A stretch of 64,000 nt of DNA from the IMG/VR virus record IMGVR_UViG_3300027666_000001; one strand, written 5' to 3'. The DNA is from a virus. The notes beneath the pieces are model-generated. The model was not told the origin of the DNA. It worked only from the letters and a program-made list of their open reading frames with translations, and searched no databases. Shown here piece after piece: positions 26,054 to 34,895 of this stretch (position 1 is the first letter of the stretch; each line of letters begins with the position of its first letter). The position numbers and the translations under genes were made by a program.

Positions 26054-28339
26054 TCAGCTTCGCGCGATCGGTACGTACCGCACCCTTCCGCGTTCCATCG
26101 TCTTGTGAATCAGGCCCGCCTTGGCGAGCACGTGCAGGTCCGACTCGATGTCCCTCTCCTGGATCTTAGAGCGGAATCGCGAGTAGATGTCCTGCTCCGT
26201 AACACCCTCCTTCCGTGCCTGGATCGCGGTGAGGATTTCGTTCTGCCGGGCCGCCCATTCCGAGTGGAGAATCTTGCCCGCGACGCGCGCCGTCGAGCGG
26301 TACCACTCCTCGGTCAGGTGCATCGCCTTCAGCAGGTGCGGCATCCGCACGATCTTCTCCCGCTCGGACATCGCGATGAGGACGGCCATCTTCATCATCG
26401 AGTCGCCCATGCGCGAGGTCGTGGGCAGCAGCACTTCGGCCAGCTCGTGCTTGTCGGCCGCCGCGTACAGCTCCCACTTGGCCTTCTGGAGGCGGCGCCA
26501 GGTCGGGTCGTCGAAGGGGATCATCACCGTGTCGCCCGGCTTGGTCTCCTCCATCCAGAAGGCCCGCGCCGCGAACATGTCGTTGAGCAGCCCCTGGCGC
26601 ATCACGTCGTCGGCCGGGGTCTGGCCGTCGAACTGCTCGGTGAACATGCCCTCCTCGGTCATCGGCGGCGGGTCGGCCTCCGCGATGAGGAAGCGGGCCA
26701 AGTGGCCGGACTGGTAGTCGCCGATCGTCAGGTGCTCGGTGACCTGCTGGAGCGTGCCGCACAGGAACATCAGGAAGTTCGTGCGGATGACCGACAGGTC
26801 GCGGTCCTCGTGCTCCTTCAGGTTGCCGACGCGCAGAGCGATCCGGACGCGGCCGGTGAACAGCTCCGTCATGTGCTCGCGCACGCCCGCCAGGTACCGC
26901 TTCGCCGCCTGCTCGTACAGCAGACCGTGGGCCTCATCCCGGTAGAACACCGAGGACCGGCCGTTGCGGTCGGGGAGGATGACGCTCAGGGCTTCCGACG
27001 TGACATCGGAGCCGAGCAGGTACGGGAAGGTGTCGTTGGACAGCTCGTCCAGGAAGTCGACCCACATCATCATCGCGGTCGTCTTCCGGGCCCGGGTGGT
27101 CGGGCCGAGGATGAAGAACCACAGGGTCAGGTTCGTGTCGAACTTCGTCGGGCACTTTCCGAACTCGCCCAGCACGGTGGACAGGACCGTCGCGGCGCCC
27201 GCCCGGTGATAGCAGGACGGGGCGTCGGTGCGCGTCTCGGCCCACTGCTGATACCGGTCGACGAAGGTGTCCATCGGGACACGGTCGCGCTCCTCCGGAA
27301 GAAGGATCGAGACGGCCTCGGCGAAGTCGGCGAGCTTCTTCTCGGGGTTCTCCTCGCTCTCGTCGGCCTCCTTGCGGAAGCCGATGTCGGAGAAGCTGTT
27401 GCGCTTGGGCTGGTTGTCGGGGTGGTCGTACGCCTTGCAGAGCTGCTGCCACAGCTCTTCCTCGGGACGGCCGTCGATCTTGTACTTGTTGCACTTCGCC
27501 GACCAGCCGATATGCATGGCCGTGATGCGGGAGACGTTCAACCGCGACAGCAGACTGAGCAGCTTCCACAGGGTCTTCGAGCGGTCCTGGTCCGGCTTCA
27601 GGTCGGCCGCGTACAGGTCGTGGACTTCCGGGCTGGAGCGGAAGACCTCGGCGGACTCGCGGATCGACTGCTGCGAGAAGTACCAGTCGGACTTCGGCGG
27701 CATGTCGCTGGCGACGCTCGGCCGGTCCTGCGTACTGTAGGGAGGATAGGCGCTGACCAGCGCCTTCATCGTGTACGTGGCGCCCATCTTCGGCTGCGGA
27801 ACCTGCCAGCGCGGACGCCCGTGCCGGGAGTACTTGTTGTTCGCCGTGCCCGGCACGCGCAGGAGCTGGCCCGCATCCCAGCCGCTCGGGTCGCATCCGT
27901 CGCGGGTGTGTTCGGCGGCGATGGCCCGGGAGATGTCGATGAGCTGCTGCGGATCGTCGGTCTCGGTCACCCAGTACAGGTGATGGCGCCCCTCGGACGT
28001 CTCGACGACCATGGTCGGCTCGACCTTGAGGCGGTCCAGCGGAAGCGTGTCGGCGTCGGCGTACGCGGCCCACTGGTGGGCGATGTTGTTGCCCTTGCGG
28101 CTGCTCCTGGTGCGGAACAGGGCAGGGACGGTGTAGACGTCCTTGTCGCTGCTTCCCAGGCAGAAGGCAACGAGGTCATCGCGCTGCGACGGCCACGCGA
28201 AGAAGGTGGTCTGCGTCGGTCCCGTCTTTTCGTCCGGGTCGTATATGCCGCCCGGGAACAACGAGATCGCGACGAAGCCCAGATCCTTTCCGTCGTCATT
28301 GATCTTCGGAAAGAGGGTGTCGAAGAAGACGAAGCTCAC
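26054..28339 (-). CDS. bifunctional DNA primase/polymerase with C-terminal DUF3987-like P-loop helicase domain (761 aa)
   Basis: Prim-pol motifs ADADT, SEGRHHLYW and LRVPGTANNKY. P-loop-like LGPTTRARKTT. GTG behind GAAAGGGAGGG SD. Confidence 0.75.
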   Translation of the reverse strand: MSFVFFDTLFPKINDDGKDLGFVAISLFPGGIYDPDEKTGPTQTTFFAWPSQRDDLVAFCLGSSDKDVYTVPALFRTRSSRKGNNIAHQWAAYADADTLPLDRLKVEPTMVVETSEGRHHLYWVTETDDPQQLIDISRAIAAEHTRDGCDPSGWDAGQLLRVPGTANNKYSRHGRPRWQVPQPKMGATYTMKALVSAYPPYSTQDRPSVASDMPPKSDWYFSQQSIRESAEVFRSSPEVHDLYAADLKPDQDRSKTLWKLLSLLSRLNVSRITAMHIGWSAKCNKYKIDGRPEEELWQQLCKAYDHPDNQPKRNSFSDIGFRKEADESEENPEKKLADFAEAVSILLPEERDRVPMDTFVDRYQQWAETRTDAPSCYHRAGAATVLSTVLGEFGKCPTKFDTNLTLWFFILGPTTRARKTTAMMMWVDFLDELSNDTFPYLLGSDVTSEALSVILPDRNGRSSVFYRDEAHGLLYEQAAKRYLAGVREHMTELFTGRVRIALRVGNLKEHEDRDLSVIRTNFLMFLCGTLQQVTEHLTIGDYQSGHLARFLIAEADPPPMTEEGMFTEQFDGQTPADDVMRQGLLNDMFAARAFWMEETKPGDTVMIPFDDPTWRRLQKAKWELYAAADKHELAEVLLPTTSRMGDSMMKMAVLIAMSEREKIVRMPHLLKAMHLTEEWYRSTARVAGKILHSEWAARQNEILTAIQARKEGVTEQDIYSRFRSKIQERDIESDLHVLAKAGLIHKTMERGRVRYVPIARS

Positions 28340-28379
28340 CCGCGTCCCTCCCTTTCTCGTGCGACTTTCCGGACGCAGA

Positions 28380-28443
28380 ACGGGCGGGACCCCGGAAGGC
28401 CCCGCCCGTCATGAACCGGGCGGATAACCGATCGTATCCGCCC
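28380..28443 (-). terminator. two tandem hairpins between the 411-aa gene and the primase gene
   Basis: 28380-28409 has a 12-bp stem with one mismatch. 28418-28443 is GGGCGGATA-8 nt-TATCCGCCC. Confidence 0.5.
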
Positions 28444-28460
28444 AGCTCATCTTGTTGCGA

Positions 28461-29696
28461 TCAGAGGTTCTTGGCGCCCGCGAACTCGTCGAGCCCGCCA
28501 CCCTCGCCCTCGTTGTCCTTGGCGACCTCCGTCCACTGGGTGCCCAGCCAGACGGCGGTGATCGTCTTGCCGGTCATGTCGCCCGCGCCCGCGCCGAGCA
28601 TGACGTCCACGAACACGCCCGGCGTCTTGTCCTGCGCGATGGCGCCGACCGTGCCCCAGGTGATCTCGCCCTTGACGGTGTTGCCGTTGCGCAGCTCGAC
28701 CTCGACCTTGCGCTCCGGCACCGGCAGGAACTTGGTCTTCAGGTAGTCGGTGGTCTGCGCGTAGTCCTCCATCAGCGGCGCGGAGTTCTCGCCCCGGTCC
28801 GCGATGGCGAAGACCCGGTCGTCGACCTTGACCAGCAGCTTCTCGTTGCCCTCCCACACCTGGCCGGAGCCGTCGTTGAGGATGTAGCCGGTGCCGTCCT
28901 GCGGGGAGAAGACGGTGACCGGGGCACCGGTCTCCGGGTCCACCAGCACGTTGATCGGCTGGTTGTTGCCGTCGAGACGCGGGCGGCTCTTCGTCTTCGT
29001 GGACAGCGAAATGCACGCCATCACGATCTTGCCCTCGATGCGCTTGGCGATCTCCGGCATGGTCTTCAGGCTGACCTTCTCACCGGGCTGCGTGGCGCTG
29101 GCGGCGACGCGCAGGGTGCGGCCGTCCTCGTTCTTGTAGCCCTTGCGGCCGGAGCGCTGCTCCTTGAAGAAGGCCGTCTTGATCGTGAGCGCGGGGCTCT
29201 CGATCTCGTACGGGTACCGGCGCTGGCCGAACTCGGGGGCGACGTGGTTGGCCTCGCAGATGAAGTAGGGCAGCTCCATCTCGGTGACGACCTCGGTGGC
29301 GCCGGTCTGAAGCGCGGCCTCGACCTGGTCGAACGGCACGTAGACGCGCTTCTTGCCGTCGTCGCCGACCTTCACCGCGACGCAGACCTTGGAGGAGAGG
29401 CGGGGGGTGTGCTTCTCCTTGAACTCGGCGACGGAGATCCGGATCGGGACCCACATCTTGTCCTTCAGGCCGACGTCGAGCGGGTTGACGTAGGTGTTGC
29501 CCGCCTCGTAGACGCGCACCTCCTCGTCGGACTCCTCCTCCTCCAGCTCCATCTCGGCGCCCGCGAAGAGGTCGTCCAGCTCGGCGTCCAGGTCGACGTT
29601 CGCGAGGACGTCGTCGGCCGGGGCCGCGTCGTTCACGTCGGCACCCTGGGCACCCTCGGGCTGGTTGAACGGGTCGAACTCGGCGTTGTCGCTCAT
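28461..29696 (-). CDS. hypothetical protein with acidic N-terminus (411 aa)
   Basis: High-GC3 ORF between the RecT-like and primase genes. Function unknown. Confidence 0.7.
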   Translation of the reverse strand: MSDNAEFDPFNQPEGAQGADVNDAAPADDVLANVDLDAELDDLFAGAEMELEEEESDEEVRVYEAGNTYVNPLDVGLKDKMWVPIRISVAEFKEKHTPRLSSKVCVAVKVGDDGKKRVYVPFDQVEAALQTGATEVVTEMELPYFICEANHVAPEFGQRRYPYEIESPALTIKTAFFKEQRSGRKGYKNEDGRTLRVAASATQPGEKVSLKTMPEIAKRIEGKIVMACISLSTKTKSRPRLDGNNQPINVLVDPETGAPVTVFSPQDGTGYILNDGSGQVWEGNEKLLVKVDDRVFAIADRGENSAPLMEDYAQTTDYLKTKFLPVPERKVEVELRNGNTVKGEITWGTVGAIAQDKTPGVFVDVMLGAGAGDMTGKTITAVWLGTQWTEVAKDNEGEGGGLDEFAGAKNL

Positions 29697-29727
29697 GGTG
29701 TTCTTGTCCTTGTCCTTGTGGTCCGCG

Positions 29728-30885
29728 TCAGTTGCGGAGGGAGTTGACGATGGATTCCAGGTGGAGGCTCAGCGGTGCCGAGGCATCGCCCTGGACCACC
29801 ACCTCGTCCCCCTTGCCCGCCTCTCGCGCCGCTTCCTGAATGGCGTAGATGCGGGAGATCTTGTCGTCGACAGACGCGCTGTCGTCGCCGGTCATGCGGG
29901 TGGCCCAGTCGGCGAGCTGCTGCGGGGTCCCCTTGTCGACGGCCTTGCGGGCTGCGTCGAGCATGACCTTCTGCTTCTTGCTGCCGCCCTTGGTGACGTC
30001 GATGACCTCACCCTGGATCGGCACGCCTTCCTCGTTCACCTCGGCCCCCAGCTCTTCGGGGGTGTAGGCGGCGGAGGCCATGGCCAGATGGTCGTGATCG
30101 TCCTCGGAGAGGGACAGGCCCATCTCGCCGAGGATGTTCTTGACGCCGAGGATGACGTCGATCGCACCGTCTCGCACCACACCCGACTTGGCCCGGCTCT
30201 TCAGCATCTCGGGGCCGTAGTTCTGCCAGGTGCTCTTGGAGTTGAGGCCGATCTGGTTGGCTCGCGCCATCGACCACACGGACTCGAACCGGACCAGCTT
30301 GGACAGGTCGAAGTTCGTGGTGGAGATGGATTCGCGCAGCTCGTCGAAGTTGTACTGCCCGTGCAGGGCCGCGATCTGCTTGCGCAGGGCCGCGATCTCC
30401 TCGGGGGACGCATTCTCGTCGAACTCGGCAAGGGCTCGGATGTCTTCGATGCGCTCCAGGATCTGGCCGCGCTGCATCCTGTACAGCCGGTCCATGTCCT
30501 CCAGTCGGGCCAGCTTCTGGCGCCGCTCCTCCTCGCGCATCCGCTGGAAGCGCTGGAGGTCTTCGTCCGACGTCTTGCGCACCAGGACGGCGGTCGCCTT
30601 CACGGCGTTGCCCTCGATGTGCACGGTGTGACCGGCAGCGACGGCGAGCGCCTGCATCAGGTGGGCGCTCATGCCCGCCTTCAGGCGGCCCTTGCCGTCG
30701 GGGAAGACGAAGATGTGCTGGAAGGAGGACATCGGGTCGATGCCCAGGGCGGCGCCGAAGCGCATCATGTACTCGGCGGAGGCTGCATCACCTGCGATGT
30801 GCTCCGGCATCAGCTTCGACTTCGACAGCCGCGCTGCTTCGGCGGGATCCACCTCGCCGGTTGTACGACGGACAAGCTCAGTCAT
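29728..30885 (-). CDS. RecT-like single-strand annealing protein with coiled-coil insertion
   Basis: FGAALGIDPMSSFQHIFVF and WQNYGPEMLKSRAKSG resemble RecT family blocks. Paired with an upstream exonuclease. ATG 30885. Confidence 0.55.
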   Translation of the reverse strand: MTELVRRTTGEVDPAEAARLSKSKLMPEHIAGDAASAEYMMRFGAALGIDPMSSFQHIFVFPDGKGRLKAGMSAHLMQALAVAAGHTVHIEGNAVKATAVLVRKTSDEDLQRFQRMREEERRQKLARLEDMDRLYRMQRGQILERIEDIRALAEFDENASPEEIAALRKQIAALHGQYNFDELRESISTTNFDLSKLVRFESVWSMARANQIGLNSKSTWQNYGPEMLKSRAKSGVVRDGAIDVILGVKNILGEMGLSLSEDDHDHLAMASAAYTPEELGAEVNEEGVPIQGEVIDVTKGGSKKQKVMLDAARKAVDKGTPQQLADWATRMTGDDSASVDDKISRIYAIQEAAREAGKGDEVVVQGDASAPLSLHLESIVNSLRN

Positions 30886-30955
30886 GCGTGCCTCGTTTTC
30901 AGTGCTTGTTCTTGTGTCGTTTTTGGTTCGCGTGGTGTCGTGTTCTTGTGTCTCC

Positions 30956-30988
30956 ACTCTACCACTATTTAGCCGCGCAGCCTAGGCC
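30956..30988 (-). promoter_or_regulatory. promoter-like TAGAGT -10 with aGCCTAGGCC palindrome at the -35 position (site S2)
   Basis: On the minus strand, GGCCTAGGCT is followed 17 nt later by TAGAGTGGAG, 71 nt upstream of the RecT-like start. Confidence 0.45.
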
Positions 30989-31811
30989 GAATCGAGCACG
31001 GGAAGCACTCGGGGTGGGCCGTCAACTCACCGATCTTGCCGGTGCGCACGAGAGAGGCCAGGTGGGCGGCCCTGTTGATGACGCCCTGGGCCACGTCGGG
31101 CCGGTAGGCACAGGAAGCCACCCAGATGTCGCTCACGTTGTTCGAGTCCCGAGGGATGAACGCGAGGACAGCGTAGTCCGCTTCGCGCCCCATCGCCCGC
31201 AGTCCGTACAGGTACAGCATCGTCTGGCCCATGTACTCCGACGGCACGCCGCCCGAGTGCTCCTCGGAGCGCGACATCAGCATGACCATCCGGCCCAGGT
31301 CCGCCTCGGTGAGCAGCCCGGCCCGGTCCATCGCCTTGAGCTTGGTCAGATCCTCGCGCTCCGGCGCGGTCAGCCCGTGCACGTAGGCGCCGGGGCCAGC
31401 CTGGGTCTGGTACTTCTTCAGCTTCTTCAGGTCGGTCGTCTTCCAGTCGACCAGGGTCTTCTTGCGTGGCAGGAACACGTCCACGTGGCCACGCACCAGG
31501 CCGATGCCAGGAATCTGCGCCACGTCCACAGTGATCTCCTGCTCGGCGTGGGCGTACACGCTGGGCAGGTCGCGCTCCAGCTTCTCGTGCACCGCAGTGC
31601 CGAGCCACGCCTTCAGGCTGAACCCCCGCTCGGTGTGGGAGCCCATACCCAGTGAGGCGGCGATCTTCCGCGCCACGCAGAGATCGCACTTGTCGGCGAG
31701 ATCGCTTGGACCGGGAGCCCGTTGCTTGTCGCGGGTCGATGGCCGGGTGATGGTGGCCACCGCGATTCCTTCGACGAAAGTGCGAATATTTTCCTGATCT
31801 TCTGCTGTCAT
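30969..31811 (-). CDS. PD-(D/E)XK exonuclease, RecB/Cas4-like with Cys cluster (280 aa)
   Basis: GHVDVF...LVDWKT matches the D..(D/E)xK core. N-terminal CDLC and C-terminal CFPC cysteines. Confidence 0.65.
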   Translation of the reverse strand: MTAEDQENIRTFVEGIAVATITRPSTRDKQRAPGPSDLADKCDLCVARKIAASLGMGSHTERGFSLKAWLGTAVHEKLERDLPSVYAHAEQEITVDVAQIPGIGLVRGHVDVFLPRKKTLVDWKTTDLKKLKKYQTQAGPGAYVHGLTAPEREDLTKLKAMDRAGLLTEADLGRMVMLMSRSEEHSGGVPSEYMGQTMLYLYGLRAMGREADYAVLAFIPRDSNNVSDIWVASCAYRPDVAQGVINRAAHLASLVRTGKIGELTAHPECFPCSIRPRLRG

Positions 31812-31820
31812 GTCGCAACC

Positions 31821-32528
31821 CTACACCGGGGCACTGACAGTGGAGGTCAGGTCGCGACCGGCGGCCAGCAGCGTGTCCCACGACCCTCCGGCCGCCGTCT
31901 CCTTGTAGAGCTTCAGCCTGGCCAGCGACTCGGCCGACCCTGCGTACCGGGTGATCCGCGCTGGCTTCTCGTGCCAGAGGTGATAGAGCGGAGCCCGGCC
32001 GCGCCACGACGGACCGTAGAGGCCGTTCAGGGCCAGCGCCCACGCCTCGTCCTCCTGCCCCCATCCGGCGAACCCGGGATCCAGCGGGCAGTCCAGGTAG
32101 ACCTCGCGTCGCAGCACCGTAATGCCGCCGCCCTCGAATCCCTTGTAGGGCCTCTGGTCGAGCCACCTGAGCTGCCCGGTGAAGGAGCCCGGGTTGGCGC
32201 CCTCGAAGATGTGCTTCGTGGCCACCTGGCCCATCCGGTACACCTTCAGGTGCGGAACCGCCCAGGCCGCCCCCTGCCGTACCGCACGCACGGCCTGCTT
32301 CAGGCCCGGTGTGATCGAGTCTGCGTCGGCCACGATCACGATCGGTTCGGGGCAGGATGCCAGCGCGGTGGCCACGGCCTTCGCCTTGCACCACGGCTGC
32401 TCACTGAACCCGACCTGAATCCTGGGACTTTCCAGCTCGCTGGTGTACCAGGACTTCACGTGCTCCAGCGCTTGCTTGCGCCAGGGCGTTTCGTTCCCGT
32501 AAGGGATCAGGACGGCGATGTCGTTCAT
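31821..32528 (-). CDS. glycosyltransferase, GT-A fold (GT2 / galactosyltransferase-C-like, 235 aa)
   Basis: Has IVIVADADS (DxD) and GWGQEDEAW motifs. Confidence 0.6.
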   Translation of the reverse strand: MNDIAVLIPYGNETPWRKQALEHVKSWYTSELESPRIQVGFSEQPWCKAKAVATALASCPEPIVIVADADSITPGLKQAVRAVRQGAAWAVPHLKVYRMGQVATKHIFEGANPGSFTGQLRWLDQRPYKGFEGGGITVLRREVYLDCPLDPGFAGWGQEDEAWALALNGLYGPSWRGRAPLYHLWHEKPARITRYAGSAESLARLKLYKETAAGGSWDTLLAAGRDLTSTVSAPV

Positions 32529-32544
32529 GGCCGTATCCTGACAT

Positions 32545-32585
32545 GGAAACGGGCCACCGCTCAGGGGACAGCGGGGCCCGTTTCC
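32545..32585 (-). terminator. strong hairpin (16 bp with 1-nt bulge)
   Basis: GGAAACGGGCC-A-CCGCT loop AGCGG-GGCCCGTTTCC lies between the stop at 32599 and the GT start at 32528. Confidence 0.6.
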
Positions 32586-32598
32586 TGCGGCCGGAGGA

Positions 32599-33306
32599 TC
32601 AGCCCTCGAAGCTGAAGTCCTCGTCGTCCTCGCCGGAGGGACGGGAGGCCAGGTACTTCTCCTTGTCCTCGTCGGTCGCCCGGCGGACCGTCAGCGTCGG
32701 CCCGTTGTCCTTCAGGCACGCGTCCAGCTTGTCCTGCTCGTGCTCGAAGAGCTTGCGCGCCATCGTGGCGTCGGGCTTCGGCAGGAGGATCCGCTTGTAG
32801 TCGTCGGGCGACAGGTTCCGCTTGGCGGTCGCGGCGTCGAACTTCGTGCCGGACGTGTAGACCAGGGCCACGCCGTCCTGGATGTCGATCCCCAGGTTGC
32901 CGCCCCGGCGGTACTTCGCGACGGCCTTGGCGCGGTCGACCAGGTCGGCCGCCTCCTTCTTGATGCGCTCCTGCTCCAGGATGAACACGGCCAGCGCCGC
33001 GTTGTCGAGGTTGTCGATGTCGTCGGGGTTCATGCCGCTCCAGTTGTTCTCCGGCGCCTTGACGGCGTGGGGGTGGTCCTCCGGGAGGGCCGTCAGCGGC
33101 ACGTAGCCGTTGTCCTGCGGCTGCCCGTCGGAGGCCAGGTACTCCGAGTGGATGAGCGAGGCCCGCACGGTGCGGCGGCGGCCCAGGCTGCCGTCGTTGA
33201 CCGTCGCGATGTTCGCCTCGCGGTCGTCCTTGTCGAGTACGGCAACGATCTTCTTCGTGCGGACGTTGAAGTAGATCTGCTTGCCGACGATGCTGTCCAG
33301 GCTCAC
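32599..33306 (-). CDS. hypothetical protein (235 aa)
   Basis: GTG 33306 behind GGAAGGGGAAC SD. High GC3. Confidence 0.7.
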   Translation of the reverse strand: MSLDSIVGKQIYFNVRTKKIVAVLDKDDREANIATVNDGSLGRRRTVRASLIHSEYLASDGQPQDNGYVPLTALPEDHPHAVKAPENNWSGMNPDDIDNLDNAALAVFILEQERIKKEAADLVDRAKAVAKYRRGGNLGIDIQDGVALVYTSGTKFDAATAKRNLSPDDYKRILLPKPDATMARKLFEHEQDKLDACLKDNGPTLTVRRATDEDKEKYLASRPSGEDDEDFSFEG

Positions 33307-33322
33307 GTTCGTTCCCCTTCCG

Positions 33323-33358
33323 AAGCCCCGGCTTCCGGGGCTTGTGAGTACTACTCTA
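33323..33358 (-). promoter_or_regulatory. 9-bp hairpin (33323-33343) preceded by a TAGAGT -10-like hexamer (33353-33358)
   Basis: AAGCCCCGG-ctt-CCGGGGCTT. TGGTAGAGTAGT on the minus strand lies upstream of the gene starting at 33306. Confidence 0.4.
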
Positions 33359-33406
33359 CCAGAGATCTGCGAGATTTTCGCGAATCATCGTTCTCAGAAT
33401 CGACGA

Positions 33407-33904
33407 TCAGGCGTTCTCGTCGCTTTCCTGCATGACGAGTTCGAAGGAAACCTTCCAACCCAGGATCCGCATGGCCGCCTGGATCGTCGAGACCGGGTGG
33501 TCCGCGATGTGCCGGGCGAGCGCGTCGGCCGAGGGGTTGTCGGGCTCCTCCGCGTTCAACTCGAACCTACGCCACGCCTCTGACATCGCCCGCTGGGCGC
33601 CGTACTGCTCGGACTTCTCCAGACCGTCGGCGTAGTGCATGTACGCGGCGTTCAGGGCGGCCGTCAGGCGTCGTCGCGCCTCGCCTTCGGTCATACCGCC
33701 CGGGAGGCCAGGAAAGGCGGCGTCGTACGCAGCGTCGAGCGCCCCGGGAACCGCCGTGGACTTCATGCCGACCGGAACGACAGCGGCCATGGGGTGGCCG
33801 TCACGGGTCAGGTAGAAGATCTCCCCGTTCTCGTGCGCCCTCTCGGCCAGCTCCTCGGTGCGGTCGCAGCACCCGCGCACCGGTACGTCCTGCTCCTGCT
33901 TCAC
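33407..33904 (-). CDS. hypothetical protein (165 aa)
   Basis: GTG 33904 behind GGAGAGGGG SD. N-terminal EIFYLTRDGHPMAAVVP weakly resembles the Phd/YefM antitoxin fold. Confidence 0.55.
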   Translation of the reverse strand: MKQEQDVPVRGCCDRTEELAERAHENGEIFYLTRDGHPMAAVVPVGMKSTAVPGALDAAYDAAFPGLPGGMTEGEARRRLTAALNAAYMHYADGLEKSEQYGAQRAMSEAWRRFELNAEEPDNPSADALARHIADHPVSTIQAAMRILGWKVSFELVMQESDENA

Positions 33905-33918
33905 GATCTTCCCCTCTC

Positions 33919-34464
33919 CTACAGCCCGACGGCCCACGCCGCGAGCGTCTTGAAGTCCTCGTCGAGCAGCCCGGTTCTCGGGCTGACGTAGTGCAGCAGT
34001 GCGTGACCCAGATGGCCGGATGTCACGAACTCGCGGTCACCGGTCTGGATCTCGTCGTCGATCCAGGCGAACGGACGCCCGTCGGCCCACGTCACGATGT
34101 GCGGCGTCTTCCAGAAGACGCCGTCGGTCCGGCCGCTCTTCTCCGGGTGCGGGTCGTTGGCCCAGAAGTCCACGTACTCCAGCTCGGGCAGGCCGATGAG
34201 CGGGCCGATCCACTCGTTCGCCTCGGGGCCCCACATGCTGGCCCATACCAGCTCGAAGTGCTCGGTCAGCTTCAGCAGCTCGACGCCGTGCGACTCGTTG
34301 AGCCAGACGCGCAACGGCTTGCCGTAGACGTTCGTCCAGTGCTCGCCGTTCTGGTCGGTGGGGTTCAGACGGTGCGTGCTGTACCCCTCGGGGCGGCGGT
34401 GCGGCTTCGCGGCGTGCGGGTTCAGCGGCCCGTCCACGTCGATCAGCAGCAAGGGCTTGGACAT
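33919..34464 (-). CDS. HAD-superfamily phosphatase-like protein (181 aa)
   Basis: ATG 34464 behind GGAGAAGAG SD. LLIDVDGPLNP is HAD motif I (DxD). The long track ORF upstream is out-of-frame noise. Confidence 0.55.
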   Translation of the reverse strand: MSKPLLLIDVDGPLNPHAAKPHRRPEGYSTHRLNPTDQNGEHWTNVYGKPLRVWLNESHGVELLKLTEHFELVWASMWGPEANEWIGPLIGLPELEYVDFWANDPHPEKSGRTDGVFWKTPHIVTWADGRPFAWIDDEIQTGDREFVTSGHLGHALLHYVSPRTGLLDEDFKTLAAWAVGL

Positions 34465-34486
34465 CTCTTCTCCAGTCCGGGCGGAC

Positions 34487-34508
34487 GGGCCCCGCTTCAG
34501 CGGGGCCC
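34487..34508 (-). terminator. hairpin GGGCCCCGC-ttca-GCGGGGCCC
   Basis: 9-bp perfect stem between the stop at 34551 and the HAD gene SD. Confidence 0.45.
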
Positions 34509-34550
34509 GGGAACGCCACCTTCTTGTATGACGCGCCAGCGGCGCGAATC

Positions 34551-34895
34551 TCACTGCGGGGGCTCGATGCCCAGTTCTGCGCAGACCTCCGAGATCGGCC
34601 TGGCCAGCCTCAGCTCGGGCCACTCCAGACGTTCGCCGCCCTCGTGCTCGAACGGAGGCGGGTCGCCCAGGTCGATCCGCGCCATGAAGTGCTTGCCCTC
34701 CAGCGACATCACGTCCGTCGTGTCGGCGGCCTCCAGGAACGGTGCGGCGTGGGTGAGTACGGCCCGACGCAGGGACCACAGGGCAACCACCCACACCTTG
34801 CGCGGGTCGTCGTCCTCGCAGTCCATCCGGTCGTGGTCGATCTCGGCCTTCAGGATGTACACCGGGCTCGGTAGATATCGGTGCCCCTCGGCCAT
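34551..34895 (-). CDS. hypothetical protein (114 aa)
   Basis: ATG 34895 in a TGATG junction with the upstream exonuclease gene. Confidence 0.6.
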   Translation of the reverse strand: MAEGHRYLPSPVYILKAEIDHDRMDCEDDDPRKVWVVALWSLRRAVLTHAAPFLEAADTTDVMSLEGKHFMARIDLGDPPPFEHEGGERLEWPELRLARPISEVCAELGIEPPQ

